A stretch of 64,000 nucleotides of DNA from Auanema rhodensis. Taxonomy: Eukaryota; Animalia; Nematoda. Under the pieces are notes generated by a model. The model saw only the letters and a list, made by a program, of their open reading frames with translations. It searched no databases and was not told the origin of the DNA. How positions within the stretch are numbered: the first letter of the stretch is position 1; each line of letters opens with the position of its first letter. The stretch spans positions 7,378,001-7,442,000 of the forward strand of contig OZ059897.1 in NCBI GenBank assembly GCA_964057225.1. Reading direction: 5' to 3'. The position numbers and the translations under genes are program-made. Positions 12,201-28,263 of the stretch are shown in pieces.

Positions 12201-14116
12201 TTGCTGTCTCTGCAACATCATAAGATGTATATAAGGAGATTCATTTGTAGCCATTTGGTGAGAGGCATTCACCGTCTCAAATAGATTTACGACGGACCAG
12301 ACGAATTGATGAACAGCGGGGGTTATGATTGTCAAGAACAGTGTGACACATTAGATGAACTGGTAACTGATAGACAAAAAATTGAGAAACAATAATAAAT
12401 ATGAACGATGAGTAGACAAAGGGAAAAAGCAACTGCAAAGCGGTATAGCTGGCTTTGTGAATGCGAACATTACAACATGTCTACAATAGCCTCAGATCAA
12501 GTTAGATTGTCAGAGCATGACGCTATGCGCAGGCTGTTACTACAGAACGCTGAAATAGGCAAATCAATTGGGAACAATGTTTATCAGACGTTTCATGCAT
12601 GAATTTTCCTGCGAGTTTCGAGGTGACTGCATGTCGTGCTTCATACAAGAGCGGCATATCCTTTTATCCCCCATATCCAGCAGTGATACATGGCTGACCA
12701 GCGGCCTTCACAACCCCCATTCTCAATATTCCCCTCGAGACTGAAAAACAACAAATCATCAACCAGAAATTCATTTGAAGTCCTGGTTTGCCATATGCTG
12801 ACTTAGACGAAAAAATCCATTACAGGGAAGTATTACGCATACTTCGTGAAGAGTTGAATAAATGGATAACTATTAGTTGAAACAGCAATAAGATACAAAT
12901 AAGTAAAAAAATAAAATGCTAGGTACTTACTAATTGCTCTTACCTAGATTATTGCATGGAACATGCTCTAGAATTGGTAAAACTTGTTGACAACTTTCTA
13001 TAGAACCTTGGCATACCCAATTATTATCTACTTTCACATAAAACTTACCTTTACATTACTGAGAAACCAATAGAACTCTAAGGAATGAACCAGTGGATAT
13101 TACAGAGGATATTATTTGAAACAAATATATATTTTTCAAAGGAAATCTCATGAGCTTTCTCCCCACCAATCCCCCAGTTTGCTCATTTATTTCCTTAGCG
13201 GAAGATCTAAATAAACTTTTTGAAATTGACTGAAACAAAATGTTAACAAACCTGATTAATAGATTGAAATAAATAAAAACTCGTACAAACACTTCTCCAG
13301 CAAAATGTCTGAAACAACTCGCTCGTTAGCCCATTCATATGTTAAATCTTCCTCCAAAACTCTTTATTTTTCCCCCTTTATGATAGAATAGCATGCTTTA
13401 TATTAAAAGATAAGATACAAATAAATAATGAATAAATAAACTTCATGTTGAAGGATTACAATAATAAACTTCATATTAAACTCTTTTACGTATTAATCTG
13501 GTTAAGCTGAATTGCTCAAAGTTTATAATTAGAAATGAATGTTTCATGACTTTTCATTTAATCATATGCAACATATGGAACAGGAGTTTCTTTCAAATTA
13601 TATCGTCGAATATTTTTTTGCATTTTTTTGTTTAAAATTAGCACTTGTATAGTTTTCACAATAAACGTCATTGCATTGAAATTCTCTCACTCCAACTCAA
13701 TTTTTTTTTATTGTCCAAATAAAAATAATAATGAGTTACCTTAGAAAACATTTCAATTCACATCAAAACTGCAGTTGAAATATTCACTTTCAGGAAACTA
13801 TATACCTCTTTCAGCGGTTTCGCATTGCTTTTCTATATAGGACAATCGTAATAGCAGTTCTCTGGTTCTGTAAGATAGACCATACTATTTAGATTCAAAT
13901 GTGATTGAAGACCAATAGTATAGACAGATTATCCTGAAAAGTTTATTAAAAAATTAAAAAAAGACAATTTGAGCATGACCTGTGTAGAGATGAATAGTCA
14001 GTCAGACGATTGGTTACTTTGATGGTTAAATAAACTAGCGATAACAACCGATCGATAATGAGATAAAAGAAAAAAATGCGGATCAATGAGTTTCACGTGC
14101 GCCATATCCACCTCAT

Positions 14117-14129
14117 CCCCCCCCCCCCC
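14117..14129. repeat. Poly-C/poly-G tract (13 nt)
   Basis: Homopolymer run seen directly. Confidence 0.9.
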
Positions 14130-15884
14130 ATCTCCCATTCACGTTTCATATTATTATGATAATGAATATAAACACATTTGAAAACATGCCAATCGTGAAT
14201 ATTTCTCGTTTTCCCGTTGTTTAATCTGAAAGTTGATGTATGAATTGGATTATTGTAAATAAATGGATTAATTTACATTATTATTCAGAAAACAACAACA
14301 ATTGCATGAACTTCGAAAAGCCTCCGCTTCTTCTATTTTAATTTGTATGAAATTATTACTTTGTGTTTTCAACTAATAATAAATAGACAAATGTTTTGCA
14401 TTATATTTTTCATGTAAAGATGTCGGGAGATGCTTCTGCTAGTAACCGCAGGGCATTTATGAGATGAAGGTTCAGTAATAGTTGCATTAAGTCTAGCTTT
14501 TTCTTTTTACTTCTAGTCAGCATCATGACAATTCCTAGAGAATTCCCTCAATTCTGAATTATCTAGGTCGAGTTTTGTTGCTTAAACTCAGAATCTCATA
14601 ACTTCTCTGATTGCTTTTCAAGAGGATATTCCTGCTTATATTTTCGAAAATGCTTTCTAATATTTAAGAAGTCAATCGTATAAGAGTAAGGCTTAAACTC
14701 ATATTTTGCAAGATCTCGGCTTGTAGTTCAGTTCATCACTTCTTACACCACGACATCTTTTTCTTTTATTGTCGTTTACATCTCACACTGGTATTCTAAT
14801 TTATTTTGTTTTTTTTTAATTCAAATAGGTTCTGCAAATAACCGGGTTGACTTCCGAATCCCCAAGTCCTCTTCAAATCCATAAGAAAACGGAAGTTCGA
14901 AATTGATTCCAAATCCAGCTTAAATCCGAAGGGCATATAGTGTGTTAGCTCCTTCGAAACGGGATACATTTCAACGAAAAATGCTTGAAATGGCAGATCT
15001 TTTCCCTACGAAAAATAGAGCAACATCAAACTAGAGATTGAAGTAATCTTAGAAATATTTTTCAGTTTATTTACTTCATTTCAAATTAATTCTCTTTATT
15101 AGTTAATATTGTCTACAAATCAGTATTTTTTTTTGCTGTGCAAACACGCAACATCTTTTGTTTTTCTATATTGTGATGTAAATTTTTTTTAAATCGTTGG
15201 TTGCTAGGTTCGTTCGATAATTCATTCATTATTCCAGCTTTCTTCAGCTTAACACCACAAATCTGATATGTACCATAGGCAAAGAAAACAAACCTAATTG
15301 TTGGAATCGAATTAAATATCCTCCTCCTTAAATGAAAAAGAGAAATTTAATGTTTTAGCTTTTTGAGTACACACATACGTGCACATAGCTTCGACTACAT
15401 GCTTCTACAGATATATTTCTCTTTATGTCTTCTGTTTCTTCTCATCGGATTCTTTTGTTGCGTGATTCAGTCTCTATGGATATGCTTAGCTCAACGTCGT
15501 CAATTCAAACTCAATAAGAACAGGAAACCATATTCGAAAATTTCTTTGTCAAATTGCTTCATGTTTGTCCTTTTCCACTTTGACTTTAATTCCTTTAATA
15601 GATAATTGAAGAGATTGGAGGAACCGTTGTTGGGCTACTCCACTTTAAGCACCTAGGATTTCATCATATTTAGATTTTGAAAGCTCATTAAATTTATATT
15701 TTAAGTCTCTAAAAACGATAAATACGAGACTGAACTAATATTTTTAGAAATTCTCTGAAATCAGTGTTATATCTTATTTTCTTAAACCTCAATTTTGGAA
15801 TTTTTTTTATTTCAACTCATAAATATATCATGGAAAAGGATACTGAAAGATAGAAGGAAAGAGATAGACATATATACTTGAAAA

Positions 15885-15960
15885 AAGAGAGAAAGAGAGA
15901 AGAAAAGATAAAGAAAGAAAGAAAGAGAGAGAGAGAGAGGGGACAGGGACAGAGAGAGGG
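15885..15960. repeat. (GA)/(GAAA) purine-rich microsatellite
   Basis: AAAG and AG tandem units seen directly. Confidence 0.8.
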
Positions 15961-18555
15961 ATAGAAATACTGAGGCGAGAGACTTTTCTATCTCTCTTTC
16001 GTATTCTGAAAATAAGGGTTTCGCATCAAAAAAACAGCTTGTTGCTCAAAATTGCGTTTCTTTATCCTAATTTTGACCCTCTCTTCATCTTTTTCTCTTA
16101 CTTTCCTATTTTGTTTGTACGTATTTTTCTTTTTCTTTCTATGTCTAATGAATATACATGTATATGGCAAGTGAAAAATAGTTTTGAAATAGCCATTTTC
16201 TCGATCATCACACCATATTCGCAATATTGAAACTTTCCTTTTTCTTTCTTTTTTTAAACTTCTCTCCATCTAATTGCTTTCATTTTTTCTTTTATATCTT
16301 CTATTTCGTGACACTATGTTGCTTTTGTCTTTTTATTTTTTTGAATTCAAAATACATACTACATACTACACTTCCTACTCTATATGTACATCTGATGTAT
16401 GTATGTATTTGTGTCTCTTCTAATTTCTTTTATAATTCAACATCAACTCATTCATTTACTATAATTATGATGAGAAATCTGCGAACTAAAAACACTTATA
16501 ATTAACTTAACTATGTTATATATTTATTTAACAGATAATACTTACATCAATGATATTTCAATGACATGTCTGCAAATTTGCTTAGATTACTAATGTCTGC
16601 CAGATGAAAGAAGAGAGAAAGCATAACAATCTCATTGCCATTCACTTTAATGCTAATTCATTGTGTTCTTCGCTCCATCTTCACACCCAACTTTTAATGA
16701 GAAAGTTTTATTTCTTTTTTCTTTTTTTTTTAATATGGAGGCGTGTTTTTTGTTTTTTTGTTGTTTTGTTATCATTCTATTGTTTCCTTTTATGCTCTAA
16801 TTAGTTTTGCAATTTCATTACATTTCTTTGGTCATGTCCCTCAGTTTACCGAATGCTTTTCCCTCTCCGGGTGGTCATCAAGTACTTTACTTAGACGGCG
16901 TTTCTGCCCCATTTAACCAGATCATAGACTGACCGCGCATAAGATTGTTAGTTTGTAATATGGGGCTGCAATGCTTCATCCTCGGTAAGGTAAACCTTTT
17001 CCTATTCTTTGTCCAACCTCATTTCCTGTATGCTTATAGATCGCAAGAACCAGATAGTTAACATTCAATAATCTACTCTGTATTTCCTACTTAGCAATCT
17101 TCAAAAAATTATTTTATTGATGTCGAATAAACTAAAATCTATATAACTCCATTCTATCATGAACTTGAAAATGCTTTCAACGGGCCACTTCTAAGCATTA
17201 TGCTATGCTGTAGTTGACGTCTCCCTTCCACCTCCTCCGCTCTCATCGACCAAAGTTTGCGTGCTTTTCACAAATAACTGCATGTGTTAGAATACAAGTG
17301 TGAGTGTCTACAGCACATAAGTTTCTTCAGAAGATCATAAGTGTCTTCCCTAACGCTACACACGAAACCAAAACCAAGTAGAGACACTGATGTGTGGCTA
17401 GGACGCTGTCTTATGTCATATCCAGCTGTAGCCGGCGGCAACTCTGCGAGCTTGCGTCCTTTCGCTCCATTCTTTGACATATTCTGATTTGCGTGTTAAG
17501 CAGGCAACAAAATTATCTTTTCTTTTTTTTTTTCATAAAGAATCATACATCACTAATAATATGTTTCCATTGATGATTAGATGATTTTTACCTTCTCTTC
17601 ACTCGCTCACTCACTCACTCATGCATCTTCTATTTCTGAAACAACGACGAAAACTCGAAGAGTTATGCTGCTGATCTCAATACAATGAATCTTAAACGGA
17701 AAAGTCAATGAAGAAGGAAACAAATTCTGCAACAATAGTTCTTCTTGTGTTCTTCTCCTGAATAAACAGGCGTTAAAGATAAAACTAATTTCAAATCTCA
17801 GCCGCATTCTGTCTAAAACAATATACTTTTCCTGGGATTCGTTATTTTTTGCCTTTTCTTTTCAAAAACAAAAACAATACATAATTTATTAATTTCGTAC
17901 CTCTTCCATAAACTTTCTCGTTTATCTTGTTCTCAAATTTAGACAATTAGTCAAGAAATATATGAAAGACAAATGTTTCTGAACTTGAAATTTTGAAAAA
18001 AAAATGAAAAGAAAAACATGTCACAACCGTTTGATGAGTACGCTATGTTTGAAATGAAAACCACGTGAATTACACGTGAGTCGGTTGCCATTTCAAAAAA
18101 AAAAAACGAAAATATGCATATCAACTTGTATTTAAGGGGAACTCTTACTATTCCAATTATAATCTATTCAATTGAACTCTACTCCACGTCACTCGAGTTA
18201 ACTCATTCATCAGAGATACTTGCATCCAGCACAACTTCCACCCCAAAGGTTCTCGAAATGATATAATCTATAATCTGCGAGAAATCTCAGCAGTTATGAA
18301 CTTGAAAACTACAATGTGAGAGATGAAATCCTTATATTTCATGTAATTCTTTTAGTTTCTTTAATACTTCTTCTAAAACTATTCTTTAATAAAAAATATT
18401 TTTTCTCATAAGATGTGCTATCCAACTCGTTAGTCAAGATGGACCTCTCGTATGAATTGAATCAAAACGCGTTAAAGAACTTTGAGATTCTGGAGATTCT
18501 CTTTGAATTTACAAATCTTATTCCTTTAGATGTTTACTTTTAAAGAAAAAATTGA

Positions 18556-18597
18556 TATATATATATATATATAGAGAGAGAGAGGGAGAGAGGGAGA
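18556..18597. repeat. Compound (AT)n(AG)n microsatellite
   Basis: Seen directly. Confidence 0.85.
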
Positions 18598-20727
18598 AAT
18601 GTCTATATGTATTCACACGTTGACATATAAAACTGATTAACTTATCTAAAATATGCTTTCAATTGGTTATTGCTCTGATACAACTTGCTGTCTTCTTTGT
18701 TTTGTTTTTTGTGTCATCTTGAATTTGCCAAGCAACAGAAGTAAAAGCAAGATAAGTTCCTTCTATGTTGTTTTCCGAATTTGGTACTAAATCGAATGAT
18801 TTATCTTACTCACGTTTTTAAGTTTCAGCAAACTTTTACAAGTGAAAATAGATGGTGCAGCCAGAGTACCGTTGCGTTTTTTCACGAATTACTTAAGTAC
18901 TGATCGCATTTTTTTATTTCAACTTTACGTTTGCTATCTTTTTAAATAAAACTTGTAAACAGCGTATTGAAAGAAAAGGTTTTATTTAATTTAACGACCA
19001 ACATCTTGATTCACATTGCCAGACTTCCAATAAAATTGAATATTTTTTTCATTCATTGCCAATTTCGGGGCGAGCACACCGAAATGACAAATTTGTCGAA
19101 CTGCTTGCTTGTTTTCGAACAACAACCTGTAATCTTACCGAACATGTCCTAAAGAATACTATAACATTAGCCTCATGAGCCAACTACCTATGTCCTATTG
19201 TCGAAGTTTAGCCAAATGCAAGTATTTTTCCTGTTTCACTCTCTGACTCTCTCTCTCTTTTTCTTCCTATAAATACCCATTACCTATGCACCTAATATAG
19301 AAAAATTATTGGAAAATAACTAAGAATCTGACGTCCTCATCATAGTCTTTATGTCTCTTCTCTTCTTTGGTTCGCTACATTCCCCTACTGACCAACCAAG
19401 ACTTTTGAGGATTCGGAAAATGCTGAAAATCTGAAGAAAGTCGTCTCAAGGGACTCACTTATCCAGTTACGTTTTCGTCCTTTTTTTTGTTGGAAAAGAA
19501 GTTGTATATCTTCAGAATGTGTATATGTATATAAGTACCACCGGAACAAAGAAACATCGAAAGGTGCTCTCTGATTGTTTGAATCTAGTTATCTTCCCTT
19601 TTTTGCCATGCATATGAACTCAATTTGATTTGATTATTCGAAACATTCAACGTGTCCAACTTATTTCCTCTCAGTTCTGCCAGTTGATCGGAACCAGAAG
19701 GGTTTCTCATCCTTTTCCTCACTCTCAAAAATCATTTTTCCTTGATGTGGCAGACCTCAGCATCCATTTTTTTTCTCTACGCTGCTAATGTGTGATCGGT
19801 TTTTGCTTCCGAAATAGTTTCATTGTTTTTCCACATTTGCTTTCACACGAAACTATTGAATTCCCATTTTAAAAATTCCAATTTCTGTTTTTCCTGTGTC
19901 ATTATGCGCTTCAAAGTTGAGCGAGATGCGTTCACCACGCATATGTAGTTTGACTATATTGTGATAATCTCATGCTCATAGTTCTACGTTTTGTCTTTGG
20001 AATTGGCAGCAAACAGGCTCTCGTTAAGTATATTTATGTTGATTTTCATGTTGTCTTCTTTCAATTTTCGTCGTCAGACCTCACATTAGGTCCTTATCTA
20101 GTAGACGCATGACCCGCCGAGCATCTTTTAAAATCTAATAGCTGGCAATTGCGTTAGAGGGTTCGACTGTCCTTTCAACTATTTCACAAAACTATGATCA
20201 TAGGTTCTATTCCTTAATCTATGCTAGTTGCTACCCAAACTCCAGCCAATTAAGCTATCAAATGACTTATGTATTCAAAATGACATCTACTGTAATTGGT
20301 GCTGATCATCACATTCAGCGACAACATCAGCATTTGGGGTCATTTCAATGATCATTGAGCTATCACATGTGGCTGAATTCAAAGATATCGGACCGTTTAA
20401 CATGTAAAATCTTCAATATTTGCAAAATTATTTTCAATTCAGAGAAGAGACTCTCTTCCTTATATTAGATCATACTTTTACATTTGAAAGTTTGTAGGAC
20501 TAAGTGAATATTTTTTATTTTTGGCTTCTCATAGAATAAACAGCTCATACTTCCAATATCCTAACTAAACAACCTTAATCTGACCTGAAAATGACGAATA
20601 CTATTCTTCTTTTCGCCACCATCGCCACAACCACCACTACTACTACTACTACTACAACTATATTGAAAACAAGAATTTTTTAAACTTTAATGAGATAATT
20701 AATTTAAAGTGTTTCCCCCCTTCCGCT

Positions 20728-20742
20728 CCCCCCCCCCCCCCC
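20728..20742. repeat. Poly-C/poly-G tract (15 nt)
   Basis: Homopolymer run seen directly. Confidence 0.9.
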
Positions 20743-22417
20743 AAATTTTCTTCTCACATTTTTCATTTTATCGTTTTTATATTTTTTTTATTCTAAAAAA
20801 AGACACAAAAAAAGAAAAAAATGAGCCATTATGCGTAGTCATAGAGTCCGAGAAAAGTAGGCGTGTCAGAAAGAGCCGACCGAAACATCTCCATTTATAG
20901 AGGGAGTAAGAGAGTTGCTTCATTTATCTTCTTCTTTCTTTCGATCTCTTTTAGTCTCACATACGTATTGGCTCTCTCTCTCTCTCTTTCCCTTTCTCTC
21001 TCTCTCTATCTCTCTTTCCTTCTATCTCTTTCGTAGACATCTCTCTATAACGTTTTTTTCTGCAAAGCTCATGTTTTGCTCTCAGCTTTTCAGAGTATTT
21101 TTTAAAACAAAAAAAAACTTCGAATTAAGAGAAGGAGAAGAAGAAGAAGAAGAAGAGTCATGTAACAATATGCAGAAAAAGCGCATTGTCACATTTCTAC
21201 TCCAAATACATGTTTTTTTGAAATAAAAATTACAACTTTATTCTTTTGACTTTGTTAAATATCTTTAATTTTAATGTTTTAATTATAAAAAAAACGAACT
21301 AAATACGTACATATATATATATATATACAAGGCATATGTAATCATTGTTTGATCTTTTCAAATATTAGTACTTTTTCTTCGTTAATACTAACAACTTTTC
21401 ATTCTTTAATTCTATTTTCATAACATTTGATTTACATTTTTCAATTTTATTTGATTCATTACTACTTTTTAGATCTAAAATACTTATTTTAAATCTTTTT
21501 GAGCCGGTTTTGATTGATCTAATAGAAAATGTCCTGATCTAATAGCCAAAATTGAAAATATATTTTTCTCATTTCCCGCATATGACTTACTTTTCCGGTT
21601 TTGAATCAAAAGGAGTCATTCGGCTCTCTATTCAAGACTTGGAACTTGGCGAACCACGAGAATCTAGGTTCAATGTGTAGTAGAATAGGCTCATCCGAGT
21701 GTCAAGTGCAAGCACTTTACAAATTCCTTTGATAGTGCCATCCTGCAGAAACTTGTAAGAACATTTCAAATTTAAAATATTTTTATTAATTATTCTTCAA
21801 ATGATACATCATGATCGGTCGAATTAGGTGGCATATACACATCAACATGGATAAACTGGTTCCACACTTCATATAGAAGCCTGTGGTGCCAATCTGAAAG
21901 CGTCATTCTGAAACTTTGACTCAGACACTCAGTGTGATTTTCAAGAATGAATTACAAAACTTAGTTTTTTTGTAGTTTTCTTTCCGCATTTATACAGCAT
22001 TTTCAACAATTCTGATGGTAGTTACTTCGCTAACATCTACTCCATTTTCCTTTGACTCTCTCTCGCAAACTCTTCCTCTTTTTTTCTCTCTCTCTCTCTC
22101 TCCAATCTTCATTCCAATTATAAACCTTAGCAAAAAAGTTTGGAAAAGTTTGAATACCTAGCAACATTGCAGCATAAGTTCAAAACTTATGTTTCCAGTT
22201 TGTTGACTTTCCCACCATAAATTTATGTTGTCTACCTACACTGATAGCACAAACAGACAAAGATTGCATATTTCCCTCTGCCGCTTAGTAAGTATTCACA
22301 TTGTATCTCATGCAAACTACATTTTTATCCGTTTTTTACATGTTTTCTCTAATAATTTGCTCGTTTCAATCAAAACATTTTATTTCAGAAAGCAGACTTT
22401 GCTCAATCTGGCAATAG

Positions 22418-25841
<3,424 letters not shown>

Positions 25842-26744
25842 AATGGAAAATATTTATGGGAGAGTGAATATTACTACTACTACATCTTCTTCTTCTACTA
25901 CAAGATTGGGAAATCTCAGGGATCCCTTTTTCATTTTAAGCATTTTACTAGATGTTTTCACCTTTGTTGTTTAATCACGGAAGAAGCATTCTCTTATCTC
26001 TCATCAACTTCTCAATTCGTATATTCCTATATCTATTGTAGATCTTTCACAGATGTTTTCATCGATGTTATATGTAAGCTGTTAAACAGCCACCTCGAGA
26101 AAATGTTTCTGGTTTTACTTAAGAATAGGGCAGTTGATAAGATTTTATTATATTATTATGATTATTTTTATTTTTATTATTATTATTATTAAGTTAAGTA
26201 TTTTTAAGTTGCTCATATGCTTTAACGCTAGATCATTGCACTGTTTTTCGATTGTAATTCCTATGTCATCTTCGTCTTCATGTACTTTATAGATATATTC
26301 TGATGGCTTCTTTACTAATGCAACATATCAATGTTGGCTAATATTTCCTGACTTGCCTAATTCTCGTCTATTTACTTAGAATATTCAGATTTATTGAAAG
26401 TATACTAGAGTTTTCATATAATAAAGCTGTATATATTGTCGTTTCCGTTTACTCTTGTTAGATGAAAAGGTAGCTCAGTTTTCTAATATGGTTCAAGCAT
26501 AAGTAGATGGCTATGGCAGAACGTCCATTGTCTGGCTGAATACTTGTAAACAGCATACAATCACCTAGGCAATGTGATCGTCTCGTCATTGTTTTATTTT
26601 CTCACTGGAACGCCCCGCCTTGGCTTCTTGATAAGAGAGAAGAGTGGGCTTCCCCTTCCAAATCTTATTTTAGTCAGCCTAGCAGCGCATATTCGTGCAT
26701 TCGTATTCGAATTCCCCAGAAAGCATTTTCGAATAAACTTCACT

Positions 26745-27816
26745 ATGAACCATCAACTTTTGATATCCTTTCTCTCACTTGCCCTTTCTACTGTATATGC
26801 TTCGAAGCCATGTGGAGTACTAACCACATGTGCTGTTGAGAAATGTCTCGATAAAGGTACGCTTTCGCCAAAGAATATGATATTATTCAAATAACTATAC
26901 TCTATTCTTTTGTTCTTCGTTTCAGAAGTTGTTGATAAAATTATCACAAGTAGTGCAAGAGATCAACTTTTTGGAAATCTTGTTGAACGGTGTGTTGATT
27001 ATTATCTAATTTATAGACTTTCTACCAACTAATATAGCAAATAACCTTTTGCGATGTTTGTAAAACTTCATCATAGTTTGATGATCTTATTCTATTATAT
27101 TTTTACAACTTTCTCATCTCATTTCTAGTTTTGACCTTGTATGTATTGCTGCCAAATGTAATGCTGAATGTCAATCATGCAAAGCTTGCCACTACGCATT
27201 GGAGCAAATGAATGCTCTTGCTCAAGGAGAAAAAACTTGTATGAAAACTTATTCTTATCCTAACTCATGTCTTAATTTTCTAAAATTCAGCTGGACAATG
27301 CCCAAAGCTTGAAACTTGTGTAGAGACCTGCATCACCGAAGATTCTGAGAAAGTAATAAGAGAAACTGCTATGTTGTCTCAACGCAATTTATTATTTAGG
27401 TTATTTCCTGTATAATCAACAGATGCAATGTTCACTGTTATGATGGCGATTGTCCATCTTGCAAAACCATATCTAGAAGGTATTTATTGCTTTATTTATT
27501 CTTGCACTTTACATAAGCATACCATACACGTGTCACGTGACAGCCACGTGAATTCATTTTTCGTTTCATCAAAGCGATGAGTGGTTGCATTCAGTTTTAA
27601 GAACTATTTCTAAAACTTTTTAATAAATTCCTTTATTTCAGAATGTTCACTTTAATCTGCAACGAGACAGGCATGAGATCACTCCCAAATGTAAAATATG
27701 AAGGTAACGTTTAATACTAAGTTCCCGCTTTTAGTTTCATATGTTCAGGAACTTGCCCAGCTTTGTTCACTGAATTATCAGAGGAATATGTCGCCAAAAG
27801 AAAAAGACTTCTCTAA
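26745..27816 (+). CDS. Secreted cysteine-rich nematode protein of unknown function
   Basis: Signal peptide [19 protein letters not shown]. Spliced ORF has repeated CxxxC/CxxC motifs ([44 protein letters not shown]) and ends [10 protein letters not shown]. Confidence 0.85.
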
Positions 27817-28263
27817 GCATTAAGCCAATTTTAATGATTTTATGTGATACAAAACGAGTACATTTTTTTTGTCTGAGAAAAGGGTATAATCGCCTTTTGC
27901 TATAACAAATTGCTTTGCAAGGTGGGCCCTATATCAAATTATGTTTGTATATGTGCGAAGTATAATTAGCATTTTATGAAATAAACTTATAGATGTTGGT
28001 ATACATACGAAATAGCATTCAAATGATAAATTAACTGAGAATTCATGAGTTAATGATAAGCATAAGGACAAAGAGCTCAAGCATGTATTAGTAAAAAGGA
28101 AAAAAGAAAAATGAAATATAATATATGCGAGCATGTCCAAAAGCATATCATTACGCAGTAAATTGAAAGACAAAATCGGGAGTGATTCAACGCTCCTCAC
28201 ACAGGAGATTCAAGCAACATCCTGGATAAATATATAAGTCGCAAGCGGTATGGAACAAATAAT

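Noticed and set aside
9549-21226. Many 60-100 aa F/L/I/S-rich or K/R/E-rich ORFs in the track
   Set aside because: They are translations of pyrimidine- or purine-rich low-complexity intergenic DNA, with no splice-consistent chain or recognisable domain.
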